A DNA stretch of 64,000 nt. Origin: a virus. Lineage: Duplodnaviria > Caudoviricetes. A model generated the notes under the pieces. It saw only the letters and a list, made by a program, of their open reading frames with translations, was not told where the DNA came from and ran no database searches. The stretch is from positions 1-64,000 of the IMG/VR virus record IMGVR_UViG_2690316366_000001. The stretch is one strand, 5' to 3'. The stretch's first letter is position 1. Every line of letters begins with the position of its first letter. A program made the position numbers and the translations under genes. Below, piece after piece: positions 57,372 through 64,000 of this stretch.

Positions 57372-57787
57372 ATGTCGCTCGGACGGTTTGCTCCCAACGC
57401 CCGCGAAACCCCGCTGGAGACCAAGCAGCGGGTTTGGCGTGAATACGGTCTCCTTCTGGTTGACGTCGATAAGGACCAGATGACCTGGGACCAGCGCGAA
57501 ATGCTGCGCTCGATGGGCCGCAAAATGTTCGGTCCGAGGCGCAACGAGAAGGTGAGCGGTCGATGAGCCGAGAGAGCCGCAGAGAGCGGGCCATGAATCT
57601 GTTCGAGGAATGGAAGCGAGATCCGGACGCGTTCAACGAGCGCTATCGAATTCCGATGACGTTTCAGTGCGGACAGGACCCGAAGGTTGGAGCGCTCAAC
57701 TCGATCGCCAACCATGTGCTCGGCAGCGGTTATGTCGTCCACGAAGTCATCTGCGCCGATCCGGTCCTGTTCCTGGAGCCGGTATGA
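57372..57787 (+). CDS. Two small coupled hypothetical genes (57372-57566, 57563-57787)
   Basis: ATGA overlaps. Confidence 0.55.
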
Positions 57788-58128
57788 CCCGCGCCCGTAT
57801 CCCGACGCTCGGCCCACGCGTGCCGACGCTCGACACCCGCAAAGTGAAACCGCCACCCAAGCTGGCCGACCCGCATTACCAGACCGCTGAGCACAAGGAC
57901 TGGGCCCGGAAGGTTAAGGGCCGCGCCGGCTGGCGGTGTGAGCACGTCGAGGACGGTCGCCGATGCGAGCGGAGCCGGGCCAACGGCGACCAGGTCTATG
58001 CCGACCACGTCATCGAGATCCGGGACGATCGATCACGCGCGTTGGATCTAGACAATGGAGCCTGCAAATGCGCCGAGCACAACGTCCGGAAGGGACTGGA
58101 AGCTCGAGCAAACCGCATGAGATCGTAG
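57784..58128 (+). CDS. Small HNH endonuclease, packaging-associated type
   Basis: W...VKGRAGWRCE...C...ADHVIEI.D...DNGACKCAEHNVRK. Confidence 0.8.
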   Translation: MTRARIPTLGPRVPTLDTRKVKPPPKLADPHYQTAEHKDWARKVKGRAGWRCEHVEDGRRCERSRANGDQVYADHVIEIRDDRSRALDLDNGACKCAEHNVRKGLEARANRMRS

Positions 58129-58137
58129 GAGGGAGCA

Positions 58138-58419
58138 ATGTCGAGAGAGCCGACATCGCGCGCTGACGCGCTCCGTGCCCAGCGGGAAGCTAACTGGGAG
58201 CGGAATCAGGCACTGAAGCGCGAACTCGACGCACGCGACGCCGTAGCAGCGGCGGCCGCTGCCAAGGATGAAACGCCGGCGCCGAAGCGGGCACCGACGA
58301 AGAGGGGCAGAAGCGCGGAAGGGTCCGAAGGAGATAGCCAGCGCACTAACTCTGGATCTCTCCGATCACTCGATAGTGCTTGCGGGGTAAAACGCCGACC
58401 TCGGAACGTCCGCGGATGA
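58138..58419 (+). CDS. Hypothetical protein
   Basis: GGAGG RBS; 3' end overlaps the convergent gene. Confidence 0.45.
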   Translation: MSREPTSRADALRAQREANWERNQALKRELDARDAVAAAAAAKDETPAPKRAPTKRGRSAEGSEGDSQRTNSGSLRSLDSACGVKRRPRNVRG

Positions 58420-59332
58420 ACGGACGCCACCAGTATATCCCGCTCTTGCGGACCTTGAAGTGGCCCCGAACCTCATGCTCTCGTATCTCCGCATCGGATA
58501 GGTGCTGGGCCTCGGCACTTGCGGACTGTCGGGATGAGAGTTTGATCGTTACAATCGAATGACTGAGACGCTTTGGCTTGGTGCCGGTGCGCTTCCGATT
58601 GATCTTTGAAAGGTCGGCATCGACTATGTCGATGGCATTGCGGCTGTTCAAGAGCGCAATTGCTGCGATTACTCGCTTGCTCTCGCCGACCAAATTCTCA
58701 GCTGCTGAAGCCTCTAATTGCTTTAACTGCAACGGTGGAACAGTTTTGATTAATGCACCGTAGAAACGGCAGGGGGTGGCCGACTCTAGGCTGGTCAGTG
58801 CTTTGATTGCATCCCACTCACGTTCGTTGCCGCTAAACCTCTGGACGTATTCATCGGATATCTCCCATTTGGATCGAGGCACCCAATCGGGGAATTGCCC
58901 GCTGGGACAGATAAATGAACTCAAATATGAAAGGTTCAACCGGGCGGACTCGTCGTGCAAGCCTCTCGCGACCGCAGAGGCTCGGGAGTGCAGCCAAACG
59001 TAGCTAGCCAAAATCAGCCCTTCTTCGGGCGTTTCAAGGAGCACGCCGAACTTGTCGGGCATCGGCAAGCTTTCAGTTGCCTCGCTGCGGTGAAGTGACC
59101 TGCGCTCAGACCATTCGAGCCAAACCGTTGGGAAAGGCAGTCGAACCATCGGAACCGCTGACAGCAGGCTCGACGGCTTTGCGAAAGCAACTTGGCTCAT
59201 GGCCTCGGCGGAGGTATCGCTGAATAGAAACCGCTGGGCCGTCCTGAGTTGGGTGGCAAGTTGGGTGATGGCTCCGCGAAACTGGCGATCGGCTGCAGAT
59301 CCGACATTCTCGAGAACGATATCGGCTAACAT
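58346..59332 (-). CDS. Conserved phage hypothetical protein
   Basis: LPFPTVWLE; C-terminal HEVRGHF...WWRPFIRG; lower GC. Confidence 0.75.
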   Translation of the reverse strand: MLADIVLENVGSAADRQFRGAITQLATQLRTAQRFLFSDTSAEAMSQVAFAKPSSLLSAVPMVRLPFPTVWLEWSERRSLHRSEATESLPMPDKFGVLLETPEEGLILASYVWLHSRASAVARGLHDESARLNLSYLSSFICPSGQFPDWVPRSKWEISDEYVQRFSGNEREWDAIKALTSLESATPCRFYGALIKTVPPLQLKQLEASAAENLVGESKRVIAAIALLNSRNAIDIVDADLSKINRKRTGTKPKRLSHSIVTIKLSSRQSASAEAQHLSDAEIREHEVRGHFKVRKSGIYWWRPFIRGRSEVGVLPRKHYRVIGEIQS

Positions 59333-59338
59333 GCGGTC

Positions 59339-59668
59339 CTACTCGCCCTGTTCGATATCGGCGTCCGCCGGCATCTGCCTCAGCTTCTGATAGGGAAATT
59401 CACCGAGATCCGGATGCAGCCGGTCGTGCTGGATCATCGCAGCCGCAGCCATGCGAGCTGTCCCGTGCGCGTTCGGCAGCGTCATCATGGTCAGCGCTAT
59501 CGGCACCCAAGTCGGGATGTCGTTCCCCCCGTTGGCCCATTTCGTGACCGTGGTAAGGTTCTGGCACCAGATCCTGGCGAATGCGGGCACGGACATGCCT
59601 TGCTTGGCCAACTCGGCCTTGAAGTCCGCGGCCGAGATCTTGCGGTGAACAAATCGGGGTGGGGACAT
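59339..59668 (-). CDS. Small XRE-like HTH regulator
   Basis: FKAELAKQGMSVPAFAR....TTVTKWANG...IP.WV; AAAGGA RBS. Confidence 0.75.
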   Translation of the reverse strand: MSPPRFVHRKISAADFKAELAKQGMSVPAFARIWCQNLTTVTKWANGGNDIPTWVPIALTMMTLPNAHGTARMAAAAMIQHDRLHPDLGEFPYQKLRQMPADADIEQGE

Positions 59669-59761
59669 CTGGAGATTCCTTTCCGGTTGGGCACAATCGC
59701 CCGGAATCGGCCGTAGCCGAGGGGGTAGCACAAAATCGATCGTAGCCGGGAGTCCCGGCCG

Positions 59762-60133
59762 TCAGGTGTAGTCGAGCGGATTGACCATCTGCTTGCCGAC
59801 GGTCATCACCGGCGGGATGACGCCGCCGCGCTTAATCGCTGCCAGCCATTGCGCCTCCGTTCCCGTGAAGCCTGGTGCAGCCTCCACATGATGGTCGGCC
59901 AGCCATTTGGCGAGGGCCTCGGGCGAGGCGCACGGCGGCGAAACCGGTGTGCCGGCGCTGGTGGTCTCGTATAGCTGCCAATGCGTTCGCTCCGCGGCTG
60001 GCCAGGCCGGCATGCTGCGCGCGGGATCGGGCGAGGGCGCATCCGGGCCGGACTCGAGCAGCGGGACATATCGGCCGCCGGAGTTGCGGGGGTGCTGCCA
60101 GTCAGCGGGCACTTGCCTGACGGTTCTTGACAT
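59762..60133 (-). CDS. Hypothetical protein
   Basis: AAAGGAG RBS; WQHP...WQLYETTSAGTPVSP. Confidence 0.75.
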   Translation of the reverse strand: MSRTVRQVPADWQHPRNSGGRYVPLLESGPDAPSPDPARSMPAWPAAERTHWQLYETTSAGTPVSPPCASPEALAKWLADHHVEAAPGFTGTEAQWLAAIKRGGVIPPVMTVGKQMVNPLDYT

Positions 60134-60169
60134 AGCAATCTCCTTTCAAAATCGATCGTATCCGGGGGA

Positions 60170-60941
60170 TCAGAACAGCGAGCCTTGCGCGGGCGCCGGC
60201 GGCTCAGGTTTAAGACGTCCGAGGTGCTCGACCGTCTCGCCTATGATCTGGTCGCGATCATCATCGATCAGCAGCCAACCATCATCGCCGCCCGCTGGAT
60301 CGTAAACCACGAAGTCACCGCCCCAACGCTTGAAGATGCGTTGGGCCACCAGGCGCACGGCCGCGGGAACGTCCGTTGCGGCGTCGAACCCGGCCCGCGT
60401 CACGATCTTGAAGCCGGCCGCCGTCAGTATCTGTTCGGTCATGTTCGCTGGCCCTTCGCTCGTTCAAGGGCCGCTTGCACCTCCCAAGCCTGATAGATCG
60501 CCCCTCGGGCTTCCGTAAGCTTCTCCCGAACCTCTGGCCGCAATCGCTGGTCATTCGAGTCCATGACGCGCGTGAGGCCGTCCAGGAGCCGGTTATAGGT
60601 GTCCCAGTGGAAAGGGTGCTTGCGTGCTGTCACCGCCGCGCCCTCGCGGCTGCATGAACCTTGCGGGCGAGCTCGTCGCGGATCGCGCGGCCAACGTCGG
60701 AGTCCTCCATAGCGGTCAGCCAAAGGCGTTCATCGTCCTTGACGACGGCCGCCGCGGCTTCCTCCAGCGTTTTGCCGGCCATGAAGTGCGGCGCCACGCG
60801 GGCAATGAAGGTCTTTTCGTCGTCCGTCAGCTGACGGCCCGGAGCCGGCGGCGCAGCGAAGGCACCTCCGAGCGCTTCGAGGACGCCGGCGCGCGCGCCT
60901 TCAACGGGACCGGAATAGATTTCAGTCTTCTTGGCCGTCAT
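60170..60941 (-). CDS. Three small coupled genes (60630-60941, 60439-~60633, 60170-60442)
   Basis: GGAGG RBS and start/stop overlaps, lying between repeat units. Confidence 0.65.
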
Positions 60942-61024
60942 GGGTGAACCTCCGTTCAAATCGGTCGTAGCCGAGGGGGTGATGGGAAATCGATCGTAGC
61001 CGGGGAGGTGGGCGCAGCCGGGGG

Positions 61025-63385
61025 CTATCCCGGCGGCGGCCCATCGATCACGACGAGCGCTGTGTTGACCATGGTACCGGCGGCCTTGAATGACCCCGCG
61101 GGCAGAGGGCGGTATTCCACCGCCATCGGTTCGAGCTTCGCCCGCTGGCGCGGACCGTCGGCGCAGATCGCGACGAGCCGGCCACGAGGCTTCAAGAACT
61201 TCCGGCCATGCGTGATGTGCTTGATGTCGGCGCCGTTCTCAAATGGCGGGTTCATCAAGACAATGTCGAAACGCTCGGCCGGCGGGTCGAAGTCCAGGAA
61301 GTCGCCGCAGTGGACGAACGTGCCGGGGAACGCTGCGCGCAGGTGCTCCGAAAGTTTTGCGTTGATCTCGACCGCCACCACCTGCAGACCATCGGCGCAG
61401 TTGCGCGCAGCTTCGATCAGTGCGCCCGTTCCGGCGCTCGGCTCCAAGATGCGCTGCCCGGGCCGGATGTCGGCCGCCTCTGCCACGTCCGCGGCGAGTT
61501 CGCCCGATGTCGGGAAGAGCTGAGGCGCAACGACGACTTGCACGCCGCCGCCTTTCAGCATCGCCCGCATGGCCTCGAAACTATCCGCCGCCGTCGGCGC
61601 GGGCAAATCGGCCGTATCCGGGACCGGGGCGAGAACGCGCGGCCGAAGGTCCGCCGGCACGGGCTCGGCCTCGAACGGCACGCCAGCCAGTCCGCAGAAT
61701 TGCCGCCAGGCGGTCGCCTCGTCGTCGCACCAATCTGTAACGTGCTGGCCGAGGCCAACACGGAATTTGCCGAGTCCGGTGATGATCTCGGCGCCCGCGC
61801 GCTGCGCCTCCGCCTTGGCATCGCCGAGGCGCCGCGGCTCTTCCGCGGGCGCAACCGGGACCAGCGCCGCCACGGCCTCGGGCTCGTCCTGGGCCTCCCT
61901 CTCGACCGGTGCGCCGATGATCGCGCCGACCGTTGCCAGCATGGCGTCAAGATCAACCGCGGGCGGCGCGACATACTCGGCGACGAATTCGGCCGGCTCG
62001 GTTGGCTCCGGTGCTGGCGCGATCTTGGGCGGATCGACCCGCTTTGCATCCGTGATGTAAACTTGGACCTTCTTCCAGTATTCACCGGGCTTCGGCATCT
62101 GGCGGACGCGGTGCGCGCTGTGGGTCTCGGTCTCCTTCACTTTGCCGATATAGGGGAAATCCGAGAACTGCGGGCGCGCCTTCCATTCGGCCTCCGTCAT
62201 CTCGCGGAATCCTTCGCCGGGATAGTTGCAGATCGGCGGGAGCTTGGCGGCGGACTTCGCCGCGGCGACGTTCTCCGCGCTCGGCGGCCGATAATCGCTG
62301 ATGCTCTCCACGCTCCATTGCGCGCGCTTGGAGCGCGAGCCAGTCGGCGCGGTCGTCGTCATGCTGGAAACCGAACCGTTGGCGCCCTTGTTGACCTTCA
62401 GCACGGTAAGCCACTCGTCGCAGCGGCTCGTCTGCACCTGACCGCCGACCGCGAAGGCGAAGCGGTCCGCAAGCGGGTTGGCGGTCGCCTCCGCTCCGAT
62501 CTGCTCGGCCAGCATCGCCCGTTCATAGGCCAGCCGGTTGTCATAGTGCGCAATCCAGCGGGCGCGCCGAGGCCCGGAGCGCTCCAGGCTCGGAATCGCA
62601 ATCGCGGCGGCCTGCGCGGCGGTGATGACGTTCCCATCAATCGCCGACCAAAGGCCCATTGGCCCCTCATACTGCGAGGCCGGCGGGTCGCGCGGATAAT
62701 CGGCCAACGGAAACGACATCGACCAATAACCGCCGACATTGGCCACGGCCAAGCCGGCCGCGCGCTGCTTCTCGGGGTCATTGATGCCGGCGACGATTTG
62801 CCAGGCCTTCAGCTGCCTTTCGGTCTCCGCCTGCTGGCGCTCCACCTTCCGCTTGTCGGACTCAATGCCCTTGATGCGGCGATGACGCACCGCCGGCAGT
62901 TCCTTGTATTTCGCATGAGCGATTGCGCCGGCCGCGCGCGCAGTCCAATAATTCGAGGTGTCCCAGAGCCTGACCGCCTTGCGCATGTTGCTGTGTATGC
63001 GCTCTTGATCCTTGCGGGCACGCTTCTCGCTGTGGTGCCCAACCAAAATAGGCTGCCCCCCATAGAAGCGCTCGGCGATCTCATCGGACACTTTCCGCGC
63101 GCTCTCGGCTTCCGCCAAGCGCTTTTCGCTATACCCCTCGAAGCGGTCGGCGCGCTGCTCGGCGCGGTCGGTCAGCGCGGTGTCTTCGTCGCCGATCTCG
63201 CCACACATCTCAATCAGCAAGTCTTCGGCGCCGGGGCTCCAGGTTGGTTTGACGAACAGTTCTTGACGCGGCGCCCACTTGAAGCCGGCGGCCTTCACGC
63301 GCGCGTAATCCTCGGCGTCGAGCCGGTGCGCCGGATAAAGGCGCAGCTTGTTGTCATCGGGCGAATAGGTGGCGGAATGCTGCAT
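61025..63385 (-). CDS. DUF3560-like domain fused to an N6-adenine methyltransferase
   Basis: GQPILVGHHSEKRARKD; QLFPT, LEPSAGTG, MNPPF. Confidence 0.9.
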   Translation of the reverse strand: MQHSATYSPDDNKLRLYPAHRLDAEDYARVKAAGFKWAPRQELFVKPTWSPGAEDLLIEMCGEIGDEDTALTDRAEQRADRFEGYSEKRLAEAESARKVSDEIAERFYGGQPILVGHHSEKRARKDQERIHSNMRKAVRLWDTSNYWTARAAGAIAHAKYKELPAVRHRRIKGIESDKRKVERQQAETERQLKAWQIVAGINDPEKQRAAGLAVANVGGYWSMSFPLADYPRDPPASQYEGPMGLWSAIDGNVITAAQAAAIAIPSLERSGPRRARWIAHYDNRLAYERAMLAEQIGAEATANPLADRFAFAVGGQVQTSRCDEWLTVLKVNKGANGSVSSMTTTAPTGSRSKRAQWSVESISDYRPPSAENVAAAKSAAKLPPICNYPGEGFREMTEAEWKARPQFSDFPYIGKVKETETHSAHRVRQMPKPGEYWKKVQVYITDAKRVDPPKIAPAPEPTEPAEFVAEYVAPPAVDLDAMLATVGAIIGAPVEREAQDEPEAVAALVPVAPAEEPRRLGDAKAEAQRAGAEIITGLGKFRVGLGQHVTDWCDDEATAWRQFCGLAGVPFEAEPVPADLRPRVLAPVPDTADLPAPTAADSFEAMRAMLKGGGVQVVVAPQLFPTSGELAADVAEAADIRPGQRILEPSAGTGALIEAARNCADGLQVVAVEINAKLSEHLRAAFPGTFVHCGDFLDFDPPAERFDIVLMNPPFENGADIKHITHGRKFLKPRGRLVAICADGPRQRAKLEPMAVEYRPLPAGSFKAAGTMVNTALVVIDGPPPG

Positions 63386-63514
63386 GTGTTTTCATCCTTT
63401 CAACTTGCGCACAATCGCGCGGGGCTGCTTCTCTAATTTGTGTCGGCCGAATCTGTCAAGCGTGTTTGCAAAATCGGCCGTAGCTCGGGGGTGGAAAATC
63501 GATCGTAGCCGGGA

Positions 63515-64000
63515 CTACTGCGCAGTGCCGACGCGCAGGAGTGCCAAGGCGTGATACTCGCTGCCCTCGGCGGCCTTGGCCTTTACGAATGCCTCGGCCT
63601 CGTCGTCGCGGCTCACGCCGTCGCGGACAAATATTGAAGACTCGGCGTCCGCCTGAATCTCAAGCGTGCCGGTGTCGCTGTTCTCGAACAGGCCCCATCC
63701 TTCCGAGCAAGCGCGGTCATCCTGCCCGATGAATTGCGCCGCGGGCGCAGCCGGGAGGCCGGCGGCCGCTCGGCGATAGGCCTCGGCCGCCTCGTCAGCG
63801 TCGGAGACCGCTTCCGCAATCGTGCCGTCCTCGTCGCTGAACATGCCGCGCATCTGGTCAATCTGATGGGTGCAGGCGTCGAGCGCGCCGGCCAGGTCGC
63901 GGGCGATCTGGCGCCAGTCCTGCGCAGGCGCAACCGGGACTGTGCCGCCGACAATCTCCAATTCCTCGACCCGGAAGAAGTCGCCGCGCATTTCGCCGAC
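63515..64000 (-). CDS. Hypothetical acidic protein (may start beyond the window)
   Basis: ORF 63515-63991 whose stop abuts a repeat unit. Confidence 0.55.
   Translation of the reverse strand, partial: VGEMRGDFFRVEELEIVGGTVPVAPAQDWRQIARDLAGALDACTHQIDQMRGMFSDEDGTIAEAVSDADEAAEAYRRAAAGLPAAPAAQFIGQDDRACSEGWGLFENSDTGTLEIQADAESSIFVRDGVSRDDEAEAFVKAKAAEGSEYHALALLRVGTAQ

Larger units (their letters stand above)
59705..63513. repeat. Dispersed intergenic repeat family AATCGRYCGTAGCCG
   Basis: Double units at 59705-59750, 60958-61005 and 63470-63513; single unit at 60148-60168. Confidence 0.9.
15814..64000. mobile_element. Large temperate prophage, early/middle region, continuing beyond the window
   Basis: att plus integrase/xis, recombination, CI/Cro, replication and methylase genes in lambdoid-like order. 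Confidence 0.92.

Noticed and set aside
61208-63436. Long antisense ORFs (also 1196-2164, 48275-49630, 56350-57636)
   Set aside because: Shadows of well-supported genes on the opposite strand in high-GC DNA; no motifs.
59705-63513. CRISPR array
   Set aside because: The repeats are separated by whole genes, not 30-40-bp spacers, and no cas genes are present.

Overview
High-GC alphaproteobacterial DNA (Bradyrhizobium-like, inferred from GcrA/DnaN-type proteins) made almost entirely of two mobile elements integrated in tandem at a tRNA-Lys(TTT) site. Two identical 47-bp copies of the tRNA 3' half (684-730, 15814-15860, minus strand) bound a ~15.1-kb phage-satellite-like island. It carries an integrase, Xis/AlpA, RusA, an AAA helicase, a small terminase, an iteron array, a tail-collar fibre, scaffold-like proteins, cargo genes and a c4-type antisense RNA module, but no capsid, portal or large terminase. 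From 15861 past the window end lies the early/middle half of a large temperate prophage: integrase, leftward early operon, DUF1376 initiator with iterons, CI/Cro, GcrA, DnaN, primase, DnaB, five methyltransferases and HNH genes. No virion genes of the prophage are visible yet. The most unusual signals are: (i) secreted-protein cassettes bounded by ~28-bp 11-6-11 inverted-repeat units at 45-46-bp spacing, suggesting recombinase-mobilised cassettes; (ii) the tail-fibre/scaffold-encoding satellite; (iii) a repeat-punctuated minus-strand gene block at 58.3-64 kb. All family names come from motif recognition by eye, not database searches.
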